DNA of 64,000 nt from Escherichia coli (GTDB lineage Bacteria; Pseudomonadota; Gammaproteobacteria; Enterobacterales; Enterobacteriaceae), in assembly GCF_003018255.1 (NCBI RefSeq), contig NZ_CP027440.1; one strand, given 5' to 3'. Both the position numbers and the translations under genes were made by a program. Below the pieces are notes generated by a model. The model made no database searches. It was given only the letters and a program-made list of their open reading frames with translations, and had not been told where the DNA came from. This document shows, piece by piece, positions 55,007-64,000 of the stretch (position 1 is its first letter; the number at the start of each line of letters is the position of its first letter).

Positions 55007-56101
55007 ATGTCGCGCGTCAATCATCTATCTTCGCTGTCATTGTTGGCGGTTCTGGTTTTAGCGGGATGTAGTAGTCAGGCTCCGCAACCGTTGAAAAAGG
55101 GCGAAAAAGCGATAGATGTGGCGAGCGTCGTGCGGCAGAAGATGCCTGCGAGCGTGAAAGACCGCGATGCCTGGGCGAAAGATCTCGCCACCACGTTTGA
55201 AAGTCAGGGGCTGGCACCGACGCTGGAAAACGTCTGCTCGGTGCTGGCGGTGGCGCAGCAGGAGTCAAATTATCAGGCAGATCCGGCTGTTCCGGGCTTA
55301 AGCAAGATCGCCTGGCAAGAGATTGACCGTCGTGCTGAACGGATGCACATTCCTGCTTTTCTGGTGCATACCGCGCTAAAAATCAAATCGCCAAACGGCA
55401 AAAGCTATAGCGAACGGTTAGATTCGGTGCGTACTGAAAAGCAATTGAGCGCGATTTTTGACGATCTGATCAGCATGGTGCCGATGGGGCAGACGTTGTT
55501 TGGTTCGCTTAATCCGGTGCGCACCGGTGGGCCGATGCAGGTCAGCATTGCCTTTGCCGAACAGCATACCAAAGGGTATCCGTGGAAAATGGACGGTACA
55601 GTCCGTCAGGAAGTCTTCAGTCGTCGCGGCGGGTTGTGGTTTGGTACTTACCATTTACTGAATTATCCCGCCAGCTATAGCGCGCCGATATACCGTTTTG
55701 CTGATTTTAACGCTGGCTGGTACGCCAGCCGTAATGCCGCGTTTCAGAACGCGGTCAGTAAGGTCAGCGGCGTGAAGCTGGCACTGGACGGTGATTTAAT
55801 TCGTTACGACAGTAAAGAGCCCGGGAAAACCGAACTGGCAACGCGCAAACTGGCGGGAAAACTGGGGATGAGCGACAGTGAAATTCGCCGCCAGTTAGAG
55901 AAAGGGGACAGCTTCTCTTTTGAGGAGACGGCGCTGTACAAGAAAGTTTATCAACTTGCCGAAGCGAAAACGGGTAAATCACTACCCCGCGAAATGTTGC
56001 CTGGCATTCAACTGGAAAGCCCGAAAATCACCCGCAACCTGACTACGGCCTGGTTTGCGAAGCGCGTAGACGAACGGCGGGCGCGTTGTATGAAACAGTG
56101 A
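55007..56101 (+). CDS. yaiW: outer-membrane lipoprotein YaiW
   Basis: 364 aa; lipobox LAGC in signal peptide; 12 bp downstream of sbmA. Confidence 0.9.
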   Translation: MSRVNHLSSLSLLAVLVLAGCSSQAPQPLKKGEKAIDVASVVRQKMPASVKDRDAWAKDLATTFESQGLAPTLENVCSVLAVAQQESNYQADPAVPGLSKIAWQEIDRRAERMHIPAFLVHTALKIKSPNGKSYSERLDSVRTEKQLSAIFDDLISMVPMGQTLFGSLNPVRTGGPMQVSIAFAEQHTKGYPWKMDGTVRQEVFSRRGGLWFGTYHLLNYPASYSAPIYRFADFNAGWYASRNAAFQNAVSKVSGVKLALDGDLIRYDSKEPGKTELATRKLAGKLGMSDSEIRRQLEKGDSFSFEETALYKKVYQLAEAKTGKSLPREMLPGIQLESPKITRNLTTAWFAKRVDERRARCMKQ

Positions 56102-56158
56102 TCAAACAGGAATGTCATGCCAGATAAAGCGTTTTAGGTCCTATCTGGCAAGTAAATC

Positions 56159-56467
56159 TTACTGGCGGTGATGTCGCCAGTGCAGCCATAGCGCCACTAC
56201 TGCAAAAATGAGGCAGCCAACTAAAAACGGGATCAGCCCGAAAATGGTGCCGACACCTAAACCAATTTCCACCCGTGGGCGACCTGTTTCCTGGACCTGC
56301 ATTAAGCGCTCATAGACGCCGGGCGCATGCACTAACAGGTTCAGCAATTGCGCCCCAGCCCAAAAGCAAAACAGCACAAACAACGCATAGGCAATGTTGC
56401 CAGGCGTTGAAGAGGCATTGCGATATTTTCCGCTAAACAGCGATTTTGACAGGGTGAAATCAGCCAT
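56159..56467 (-). CDS. yaiY: small inner-membrane protein
   Basis: 102 aa with two hydrophobic helices. Confidence 0.85.
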   Translation of the reverse strand: MADFTLSKSLFSGKYRNASSTPGNIAYALFVLFCFWAGAQLLNLLVHAPGVYERLMQVQETGRPRVEIGLGVGTIFGLIPFLVGCLIFAVVALWLHWRHHRQ

Positions 56468-56726
56468 AAAAACCTCCGGAAGTCATCTGCTTCTCTTCTG
56501 GTGTGATACCAGCGGCTTATGGCAAGTCTGACAGGTCATTAAGATTGTCAATATCAGAATCATGGTAAATTGATGTTGGGAATATTCCCGAAGCGTGAAT
56601 CTTCGTCGTGAGTCACAAAATGACAACCTTAAGTTAAATTTATTAACAATTACGGAAATGTTGTCTACGCCACAGACGGATGTTGCAGAATATGCAAGGA
56701 TGTTGTTTTTCGTTAACGGAGCTGCC

Positions 56727-56939
56727 ATGAACTTGCCTGTAAAAATCCGCCGTGACTGGCACTACTATGCGTTCGCCATTGGCCTTATATTCATTCTTAA
56801 TGGCGTGGTGGGTTTACTGGGATTTGAAGCAAAAGGTTGGCAGACCTATGCCGTCGGTCTGGTGACGTGGGTGATTAGTTTCTGGCTGGCGGGGCTGATT
56901 ATTCGTCGTCGCGATGAAGAAACTGAAAACGCCCAATAA
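56727..56939 (+). CDS. yaiZ: small inner-membrane protein
   Basis: 70 aa from ATG 56727 (MNLPVKIRRDWHYYAF); track ORF extends 44 codons upstream. Confidence 0.8.
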   Translation: MNLPVKIRRDWHYYAFAIGLIFILNGVVGLLGFEAKGWQTYAVGLVTWVISFWLAGLIIRRRDEETENAQ

Positions 56940-56984
56940 CAGAGGATTGGGCGTTCTGGGGGCTGACAAAGTGCTCGTTGTTTT

Positions 56985-57085
56985 TGCCGGATGCGGCGCG
57001 AACGCCTTACCCTGCCTACAAAATCATGCAAAATCAGTATATTGCAATTATCTGGTAGGCCTGATAAGCAAAGCGCATCAGGCAA
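56985..57085. repeat. REP elements between yaiZ and ddlA
   Basis: gccggatgcggcgcgaacgccttaccctgcctac ... gtaggcctgataagcaaagcgcatcaggca. Confidence 0.8.
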
Positions 57086-57141
57086 TCTTACGTTTGCCAT
57101 CAGTCTTAAATGCCCAATAAAAGTTATCAGGCATTTAAAAA

Positions 57142-58236
57142 TTACATTGTGGTTTTCAATGCGTTATCCGCAGCGTGACGCTCCAGCGCCAGCTCAATCA
57201 AACGCGTGATCAGGTCGGTGTAACCCAGACCGCTGGCTTGCCACAGCTTCGGATACATACTGATGTTGGTGAAGCCAGGCAGTGTGTTGATCTCGTTGAT
57301 CACCACTTCGTTCTCTGGGGTTAAAAACACGTCTACACGCGCCATGCCTGCGCATCCCAACGTCTGATAAGCCTGAACGGCAATCGCCCGGATCTTATCG
57401 TTGATTTCTGGCGCAATGGCTGCCGGAACTACCACTTTCGCGCCATCTTCGTCAATGTACTTGGTGTCGTAGGCATAGAAATCGCTGGTGAGTACGATCT
57501 CGCCACAGGTGCTGGCTTGCGGATTGTCGTTGCCCAGAACTGCGCATTCGATCTCACGACCTTTTATCCCTTGCTCAACGATCACTTTATGATCGAACTC
57601 GAACGCCAGATCGACGGCAATTGCGTACTGTTCTTCGCTGGTTACTTTGCTGACACCAACAGAAGAGCCCTGATTAGCCGGTTTTACAAACAGTGGTAAC
57701 CCCAGTTTAGACTCTACTTCGGCAAAACTGATGTTGTTACGATTAGCGCGCGTCAGGGTAATAAATGGCGCAATGTTCAGCCCGGCATCGCGCAGCAGAC
57801 GTTTGGTGACATCTTTGTCCATACAGGCTGCTGAAGCCAGAACATCTGAACCTACAAACGGTAAATTGGCGACCCGCAGCATTCCCTGCAAGGAACCATC
57901 TTCGCCCAGCGTACCGTGGACAATCGGGAAAATGACATCCACCGTCGGCAACGGCTGACCGTTTTGCGCGTCGATAAGCTGATGCTCATGTTTACCTGGC
58001 ACTTGCGCAAGGCTGGTCGCCGAAGGGCGCAACGCAATATGGGCAGGATCGTCTGCATTTAGCAGATAATTGCTGGCATCGCTGACGTGCCATTGCCCTT
58101 GTTTATCAATGCCCAGCAGCACAACGTCGAAGCGACTTTTATCAATGGCATCGACAATATTTTTTGCCGATTGCAGAGACACTTCATGTTCCGCTGATTT
58201 ACCACCAAAAACGATTCCTACCCGCAGTTTTTCCAT
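57142..58236 (-). CDS. ddlA: D-alanine--D-alanine ligase A
   Basis: 364 aa ATP-grasp enzyme. Confidence 0.95.
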   Translation of the reverse strand: MEKLRVGIVFGGKSAEHEVSLQSAKNIVDAIDKSRFDVVLLGIDKQGQWHVSDASNYLLNADDPAHIALRPSATSLAQVPGKHEHQLIDAQNGQPLPTVDVIFPIVHGTLGEDGSLQGMLRVANLPFVGSDVLASAACMDKDVTKRLLRDAGLNIAPFITLTRANRNNISFAEVESKLGLPLFVKPANQGSSVGVSKVTSEEQYAIAVDLAFEFDHKVIVEQGIKGREIECAVLGNDNPQASTCGEIVLTSDFYAYDTKYIDEDGAKVVVPAAIAPEINDKIRAIAVQAYQTLGCAGMARVDVFLTPENEVVINEINTLPGFTNISMYPKLWQASGLGYTDLITRLIELALERHAADNALKTTM

Positions 58237-58698
58237 CTTAAAAACCTATCCCGTCTAACACAAAGTGCATACATTACCACGACAAAACGGGGGATTCGCG
58301 GCCTTCTGACAGAATGTTGCAATCTTCTGCTGACAAAGCGTGCAACGTACTGGTGAAGAAAGTGCGTTATCTCAATGATGTGCGCAAGATCACAAAAATG
58401 ATGAACGGGAAGCTAATTTATTCCTGGCTTGTATGGCCATGCAGTGAGTTTTTTTCTCTTAATTATAAGTTAACGAAGAGAATATATTTCATAACTTTTA
58501 TTTATAATAAAGGTTGATAATTAAAAGCCTATATTTTGTGTGGGTAATTATTAAAATAAGAGAAACGTTTCGCTGGTAATCAAACAAAAAATATTTGCGC
58601 AAAGTATTTCCCTTGTCATAAAAATAATACTTCCAGACACTATGAAGTTGTGAAACATAATGTTAACTTCTCCATACTTTGGATAAGGAAATACAGAC

Positions 58699-58959
58699 AT
58701 GAAAAATCTCATTGCTGAGTTGTTATTTAAGCTTGCCCAAAAAGAAGAAGAGTCGAAAGAACTGTGCGCGCAGGTAGAAGCTTTGGAGATTATCGTCACT
58801 GCAATGCTTCGCAATATGGCGCAAAATGACCAACAGAGGTTGATTGATCAGGTAGAGGGGGCGCTGTACGAGGTAAAGCCCGATGCCAGCATTCCTGACG
58901 ACGATACGGAGCTGCTGCGCAATTATGTAAAGAAGTTATTGAAGCATCCTCGTCAGTAA
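58699..58959 (+). CDS. iraP: anti-adaptor protein for RpoS degradation
   Basis: 86 aa ([22 protein letters not shown]...). Confidence 0.9.
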   Translation: MKNLIAELLFKLAQKEEESKELCAQVEALEIIVTAMLRNMAQNDQQRLIDQVEGALYEVKPDASIPDDDTELLRNYVKKLLKHPRQ

Positions 58960-58979
58960 AAAGTTAATCTTTTCAACAG

Positions 58980-58997
58980 CTGTCATAAAGCTGTCAC
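58980..58997 (+). promoter_or_regulatory. Pho box (PhoB binding site) of the phoA promoter: CTGTCATAAAGCTGTCAC
   Basis: Two direct CTGTCA-type repeats 11 bp apart, about 60 bp upstream of the phoA start. Confidence 0.85.
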
Positions 58998-59058
58998 GGC
59001 CGAGACTTATAGTCGCTTTGTTTTTATTTTTAATGTATTTGTACATGGAGAAAATAAA

Positions 59059-60474
59059 GTGAAACAAAGCACTATTGCACTGGCACTCTTACCGTTACTG
59101 TTTTCCCCTGTAACAAAAGCTCGGACACCAGAAATGCCTGTTCTGGAAAACCGGGCTGCTCAGGGCGATATTACTGCACCCGGCGGTGCTCGCCGTTTAA
59201 CGGGGGATCAGACCGCCGCTCTGCGTGATTCTCTTAGCGATAAACCCGCCAAAAATATTATTTTGCTGATTGGCGATGGGATGGGGGACTCGGAAATTAC
59301 TGCTGCACGCAATTATGCCGAAGGTGCGGGCGGCTTTTTTAAAGGTATCGATGCATTACCGCTTACCGGGCAATACACTCACTATGCGCTGAATAAAAAA
59401 ACCGGTAAACCGGACTACGTCACCGACTCGGCTGCATCAGCAACCGCCTGGTCAACTGGTGTCAAAACCTATAACGGCGCACTGGGCGTCGATATTCACG
59501 AAAAAGATCACACAACGATTCTGGAAATGGCAAAAGCCGCAGGTCTGGCGACCGGTAACGTTTCTACCGCAGAGTTGCAGGATGCCACGCCCGCTGCGCT
59601 GGTGGCGCATGTGACCTCGCGCAAATGCTACGGTCCAAGTGCGACCAGTGAAAAATGTCCGGGTAACGCTCTGGAAAAAGGCGGAAAAGGATCGATTACC
59701 GAACAGCTGCTTAACGCCCGTGCCGATGTTACGCTTGGCGGCGGTGCAAAAACCTTTGCTGAAACGGCAACCGCCGGTGAATGGCAGGGAAAAACGCTGC
59801 GTGAACAGGCACAGGCGCGTGGTTATCAGTTGGTGAGTGATGCTGCCTCACTGAATTCGGTGACGGAAGCGAATCAGCAAAAACCCCTGCTTGGCCTGTT
59901 TGCTGACGGCAATATGCCAGTGCGCTGGCTAGGACCGAAAGCAACGTACCACGGCAATATCGACAAGCCCGCAGTTACCTGTACGCCTAATCCGCAACGT
60001 AATGACAGTGTACCGACCCTGGCGCAGATGACCGACAAAGCCATTGAATTGTTGAGTAAAAATGAGAAAGGCTTTTTCCTGCAAGTTGAAGGTGCATCAA
60101 TCGATAAACAGGATCACGCTGCGAATCCTTGTGGGCAAATTGGCGAGACGGTCGATCTCGATGAAGCCGTACAACGTGCGCTGGAATTCGCTAAAAAGGA
60201 TGGCAACACGCTGGTCATAGTCACCGCTGATCACGCCCACGCCAGCCAGATTGTCGCGCCGGACACCAAAGCGCCGGGCCTCACCCAGGCGCTAAATACC
60301 AAAGATGGCGCAGTGATGGTGATGAGTTACGGGAACTCCGAAGAGGATTCACAAGAACATACCGGCAGTCAGTTGCGTATTGCAGCGTATGGCCCACATG
60401 CCGCCAATGTCGTTGGACTGACCGACCAGACCGATCTCTTCTACACCATGAAAGCCGCCCTGGGGCTGAAATAA
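59059..60474 (+). CDS. phoA: alkaline phosphatase
   Basis: 471 aa, GTG start, signal peptide [20 protein letters not shown], active-site DSAASAT. Confidence 0.97.
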   Translation: MKQSTIALALLPLLFSPVTKARTPEMPVLENRAAQGDITAPGGARRLTGDQTAALRDSLSDKPAKNIILLIGDGMGDSEITAARNYAEGAGGFFKGIDALPLTGQYTHYALNKKTGKPDYVTDSAASATAWSTGVKTYNGALGVDIHEKDHTTILEMAKAAGLATGNVSTAELQDATPAALVAHVTSRKCYGPSATSEKCPGNALEKGGKGSITEQLLNARADVTLGGGAKTFAETATAGEWQGKTLREQAQARGYQLVSDAASLNSVTEANQQKPLLGLFADGNMPVRWLGPKATYHGNIDKPAVTCTPNPQRNDSVPTLAQMTDKAIELLSKNEKGFFLQVEGASIDKQDHAANPCGQIGETVDLDEAVQRALEFAKKDGNTLVIVTADHAHASQIVAPDTKAPGLTQALNTKDGAVMVMSYGNSEEDSQEHTGSQLRIAAYGPHAANVVGLTDQTDLFYTMKAALGLK

Positions 60475-60478
60475 AACC

Positions 60479-60518
60479 GCGCCCGGCAGTGAATTTTCGC
60501 TGCCGGGTGGTTTTTTTG
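60479..60518 (+). terminator. rho-independent terminator after phoA
   Basis: cccggcag/ctgccggg stem followed by TTTTTTT. Confidence 0.8.
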
Positions 60519-60592
60519 CTGTTAGCAACCAGACTTAATGGCAGATCACGGGCGCACACGCTCATGGTTAAAACATGAAGAGGGATGGTGCT

Positions 60593-60913
60593 ATGAAAAT
60601 AACATTACTGGTTACCTTGCTTTTCGGACTGGTTTTTTTAACCACCGTCGGCGCTGCCGAGAGAACCTTAACCCCGCAACAACAGCGTATGACCTCCTGT
60701 AATCAGCAGGCGACGGCGCAGGCGTTGAAAGGGGATGCTCGTAAGACCTACATGAGTGATTGCCTGAAGAACAGCAAGTCTGCGCCTGGTGAAAAAAGTT
60801 TGACGCCACAGCAGCAAAAGATGCGCGAATGTAATAATCAAGCAACGCAACAATCTCTGAAAGGGGATGATCGTAATAAGTTTATGAGCGCCTGCCTCAA
60901 GAAAGCCGCCTGA
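60593..60913 (+). CDS. psiF: phosphate-starvation-inducible periplasmic protein
   Basis: 106 aa from ATG 60593 (MKITLLVTLLFGLVF); internal duplication of the TPQQQ...CN..AT.Q.LKGD motif. Confidence 0.9.
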   Translation: MKITLLVTLLFGLVFLTTVGAAERTLTPQQQRMTSCNQQATAQALKGDARKTYMSDCLKNSKSAPGEKSLTPQQQKMRECNNQATQQSLKGDDRNKFMSACLKKAA

Positions 60914-60930
60914 TACCTGATAGTGCTAAC

Positions 60931-60960
60931 GGGTGAGCTACGAAAATGGCTCACCCGAAA
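60931..60960 (+). terminator. stem-loop after psiF (gggtgagc...gctcaccc)
   Basis: 8-bp stem seen in sequence; weak U-tract. Confidence 0.5.
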
Positions 60961-61014
60961 TTTCATACTTCTGCCTTTAGCCCCGTCTCTATAATTTGGG
61001 AAAATTGTTTCTGA

Positions 61015-62130
61015 ATGTTCCCAAAAATAATGAATGATGAAAACTTTTTCAAAAAAGCGGCGGCGCATGGGGAGGAACCTCCTTTAACTCCTCAAAACGA
61101 ACATCAGCGATCCGGGCTGCGCTTCGCCCGTCGCGTCAGACTACCCCGCGCGGTTGGCCTGGCTGGCATGTTCTTACCGATTGCTTCAACGCTGGTTTCG
61201 CACCCGCCGCCGGGCTGGTGGTGGCTGGTGTTGGTCGGCTGGGCGTTCGTCTGGCCGCATTTAGCCTGGCAGATAGCGAGCAGGGCCGTCGATCCGCTTA
61301 GCCGGGAAATTTACAACTTAAAAACCGATGCAGTATTAGCGGGAATGTGGGTAGGCGTAATGGGCGTAAACGTGCTGCCTTCCACCGCGATGTTGATGAT
61401 TATGTGTCTGAATTTGATGGGGGCAGGCGGCCCCCGTCTGTTTGTCGCGGGTCTGGTGTTGATGGTGGTTTCCTGCCTTGTCACCCTCGAACTGACGGGC
61501 ATCACCGTGTCGTTCAATAGTGCGCCGCTGGAATGGTGGCTCTCCCTTCCCATTATCGTCATTTATCCTCTGCTGTTTGGCTGGGTCAGCTACCAGACGG
61601 CGACTAAACTGGCGGAACATAAACGCAGGTTGCAGGTCATGAGTACCCGCGACGGTATGACGGGCGTGTATAACCGACGTCATTGGGAAACTATGTTACG
61701 CAATGAATTTGATAACTGTCGGCGGCATAACCGCGATGCGACATTACTGATTATCGATATCGACCATTTCAAGAGCATCAACGATACCTGGGGCCATGAT
61801 GTGGGCGATGAAGCGATTGTGGCGCTTACCCGACAGTTACAAATAACCCTGCGCGGTAGCGATGTGATTGGTCGGTTTGGCGGCGATGAGTTTGCGGTAA
61901 TCATGTCCGGTACGCCAGCTGAGAGCGCCATTACCGCCATGTTACGAGTGCATGAAGGGCTAAATACATTACGTCTGCCGAATACGCCACAGGTAACTTT
62001 ACGGATTAGTGTGGGGGTTGCGCCGCTGAACCCACAAATGAGTCACTATCGTGAGTGGTTGAAATCGGCAGATTTGGCGCTTTACAAAGCAAAGAAAGCC
62101 GGACGTAACCGCACCGAAGTGGCGGCCTGA
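61015..62130 (+). CDS. dgcC: diguanylate cyclase (MASE2 membrane domain plus GGDEF)
   Basis: 371 aa; GGDEF motif (RFGGDEFAV); also known as adrA/yaiC. Confidence 0.95.
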   Translation: MFPKIMNDENFFKKAAAHGEEPPLTPQNEHQRSGLRFARRVRLPRAVGLAGMFLPIASTLVSHPPPGWWWLVLVGWAFVWPHLAWQIASRAVDPLSREIYNLKTDAVLAGMWVGVMGVNVLPSTAMLMIMCLNLMGAGGPRLFVAGLVLMVVSCLVTLELTGITVSFNSAPLEWWLSLPIIVIYPLLFGWVSYQTATKLAEHKRRLQVMSTRDGMTGVYNRRHWETMLRNEFDNCRRHNRDATLLIIDIDHFKSINDTWGHDVGDEAIVALTRQLQITLRGSDVIGRFGGDEFAVIMSGTPAESAITAMLRVHEGLNTLRLPNTPQVTLRISVGVAPLNPQMSHYREWLKSADLALYKAKKAGRNRTEVAA

Positions 62131-62146
62131 CGTCCGGCAAAAATCA

Positions 62147-62956
62147 TCAGGATTTGCTGAGTTTTTCTGATTTTTCCATACACTTCGTCATCGCTTCGAT
62201 CACTGCGGCACGGAAGCCTTTCTCTTCCAGTACGCGTACCGCCTCAATGGTGGTGCCTCCCGGTGAGCAGACCATATCTTTCAGTGCCCCCGGATGTTCT
62301 CCCGTTTCCAGCACCATTTTTGCGGAACCCATTACCGCCTGAGCGGCAAATTTATACGCCTGGGCGCGAGGCATCCCGCCCAGCACGGCGGCGTCGGCCA
62401 TCGCTTCGATAAACATAAAGACGTAGGCTGGGGAAGAACCGCTCACACCGACCACCGGGTGGATCATCGGCTCGGCAATTACTTCCGCTTCGCCAAAGCA
62501 GCGGAAAATATTCAGCACATCAGCGGTATCTTCTGGGGTTACCAGCGCGTTTGGCGTTACGGAGGTCATCCCGGCATTAACCAGCGCGGGAGTGTTCGGC
62601 ATGGCGCGGATAATTTTCCGGTCATGGCCCAGCGCGCGGGCAAGCTGGTCGAGCGTGACGCCTGCTGCAATAGAAACGACCAGAGAGTCTTTATTCAGGC
62701 TGGAGGTGATTTCGCTAAGCACTTTAATCATGATGCCTGGTTTAACGGCGGCAAAAATGATGTCGGCGATTTGCGCCACTTCTTGCGCCGATTCTGCGGC
62801 GTTGATGCCGAACTGGTCATGCAGGGCGGCGACTTTATCCGGGGAGGGGGTATATACCCAGATTTGCCCTGGAAGCACCTGACCGCTGGCAATCAGACCG
62901 CCGAGAATGGCTTTTCCCATATTGCCGCAGCCAATAAAACCGATTTTCTTTTCCAT
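62147..62956 (-). CDS. proC: pyrroline-5-carboxylate reductase
   Basis: 269 aa from ATG at 62954-62956 ([14 protein letters not shown]); track ORF starts 36 codons upstream. Confidence 0.95.
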   Translation of the reverse strand: MEKKIGFIGCGNMGKAILGGLIASGQVLPGQIWVYTPSPDKVAALHDQFGINAAESAQEVAQIADIIFAAVKPGIMIKVLSEITSSLNKDSLVVSIAAGVTLDQLARALGHDRKIIRAMPNTPALVNAGMTSVTPNALVTPEDTADVLNIFRCFGEAEVIAEPMIHPVVGVSGSSPAYVFMFIEAMADAAVLGGMPRAQAYKFAAQAVMGSAKMVLETGEHPGALKDMVCSPGGTTIEAVRVLEEKGFRAAVIEAMTKCMEKSEKLSKS

Positions 62957-63075
62957 TGCCTCACTCCTGCCGTGAAATTCATTGTTTTGATAATCGCTGG
63001 CAGAAGCATAAACAGAACTATGCCGGAAGGCAAAAGCGCGACACAATAGAGGATTACCCAACAAAGGATGACTTT

Positions 63076-63534
63076 ATGACAATTTGGGTGGATGCCGACG
63101 CGTGTCCCAATGTAATTAAAGAGATTTTGTATCGCGCGGCGGAACGTATGCAGATGCCGCTGGTACTGGTAGCAAACCAGAGTTTACGCGTGCCGCCATC
63201 GCGATTTATTCGTACGCTGCGCGTCGCGGCAGGTTTCGACGTTGCCGATAACGAAATTGTCCGGCAGTGTGAAGCGGGCGATTTGGTGATCACCGCAGAT
63301 ATACCTCTGGCTGCTGAAGCCATCGAGAAAGGCGCGGCGGCGCTTAATCCTCGCGGCGAACGTTACACGCCAGCGACCATTCGTGAGCGCCTGACGATGC
63401 GCGATTTTATGGATACCTTACGTGCCAGTGGGATCCAGACCGGCGGACCAGATAGTCTTTCACAACGTGACCGCCAGGCCTTTGCCGCGGAGCTGGAGAA
63501 GTGGTGGCTGGAAGTGCAACGTAGTCGTGGCTAA
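63076..63534 (+). CDS. yaiI: UPF0178 family protein
   Basis: 152 aa from ATG 63076 ([12 protein letters not shown]). Confidence 0.88.
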   Translation: MTIWVDADACPNVIKEILYRAAERMQMPLVLVANQSLRVPPSRFIRTLRVAAGFDVADNEIVRQCEAGDLVITADIPLAAEAIEKGAAALNPRGERYTPATIRERLTMRDFMDTLRASGIQTGGPDSLSQRDRQAFAAELEKWWLEVQRSRG

Positions 63535-63611
63535 ATGTAATTTATTATTTACACTTCATTCTTGAATATTTATTGGTATAGTAAGGGATGTATTGATATT
63601 TTCACCTTAAG

Positions 63612-63659
63612 TGGAATTTTTTCTTTACAATCGAAATTGTACTAGTTTGATGGTATGAT
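63612..63659 (+). promoter_or_regulatory. aroL promoter/operator region: TyrR box TGGAAT-N6-TTTACA (63612-63629), TrpR-like GTACTAGTT (63639-63647), -10 TATGAT (63654-63659)
   Basis: Motifs seen in sequence; aroL is known to be controlled by TyrR and TrpR. Confidence 0.65.
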
Positions 63660-63716
63660 CGCTATTCTCATGATACCGGCTTTCGCCGCATTGCGACCTA
63701 TTGGGGAAAACCCACG

Positions 63717-64000
63717 ATGACACAACCTCTTTTTCTGATCGGGCCTCGGGGCTGTGGTAAAACAACGGTCGGAATGGCCCTTGCCGATTCGCTTAACCGT
63801 CGGTTTGTCGATACCGACCAGTGGTTGCAATCACAGCTCAATATGACGGTCGCGGAGATCGTCGAAAGGGAAGAGTGGGCGGGATTCCGCGCCAGAGAAA
63901 CGGCGGCGCTGGAAGCGGTAACTGCGCCATCCACCGTTATCGCTACAGGCGGCGGCATTATTCTGACGGAATTTAATCGTCACTTCATGCAAAATAACGG
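63717..64000 (+). CDS. aroL: shikimate kinase II (3' partial, runs off the window)
   Basis: ATG 63717, N-terminus [19 protein letters not shown] with Walker A motif; no stop before the window end. Confidence 0.9.

Noticed and set aside
58314-58517. 67-aa ORF in the ddlA-iraP intergenic region
   Set aside because: AT-rich promoter region with no RBS and low-complexity sequence; more likely the iraP regulatory leader
62294-63049. 251-aa plus-strand ORF antisense to proC
   Set aside because: Shadow ORF; proC on the minus strand has the conserved NADP-binding N-terminus

Overview
This window reads as a contiguous stretch of Escherichia coli chromosome, and I found no convincing evidence of a new biological system in it. 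Gene order is: a partial sugar ABC transporter operon, yahK-yahM-yahN-yahO, prpR/prpBCDE, codBA, cynR/cynTSX, lacAYZ-lacI, mhpR/mhpABCDFE-mhpT, yaiL, frmBAR, yaiO-yaiX-yaiP-yaiS, tauABCD, hemB, yaiT, yaiV, ampH, sbmA-yaiW, yaiY, yaiZ, ddlA, iraP, phoA-psiF, dgcC(adrA), proC, yaiI and the start of aroL. Almost every ORF matches a well-known E. coli protein from memory; no database search was possible. The strain is not a laboratory K-12: the lac control region and the lacZ/lacI alleles carry substitutions, yaiT and yaiX are intact, no IS element is present, yahL appears absent, and an ABC sugar transporter sits upstream of yahK. Operon boundaries are punctuated by REP/BIME palindromic repeats, including a triple tandem array after prpE. 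There is no CRISPR array, prophage, integrase or recognisable defence island. The features most worth a second look are the intact, poorly characterised yaiS-yaiP-yaiX-yaiO operon, the intact yaiT autotransporter with its neighbouring Crp-like regulator yaiV, and the strain-variable ABC transporter. Coordinates follow the supplied ORF track; where the track used a GTG/TTG or an upstream start I moved the start to the codon matching the known protein N-terminus and say so.
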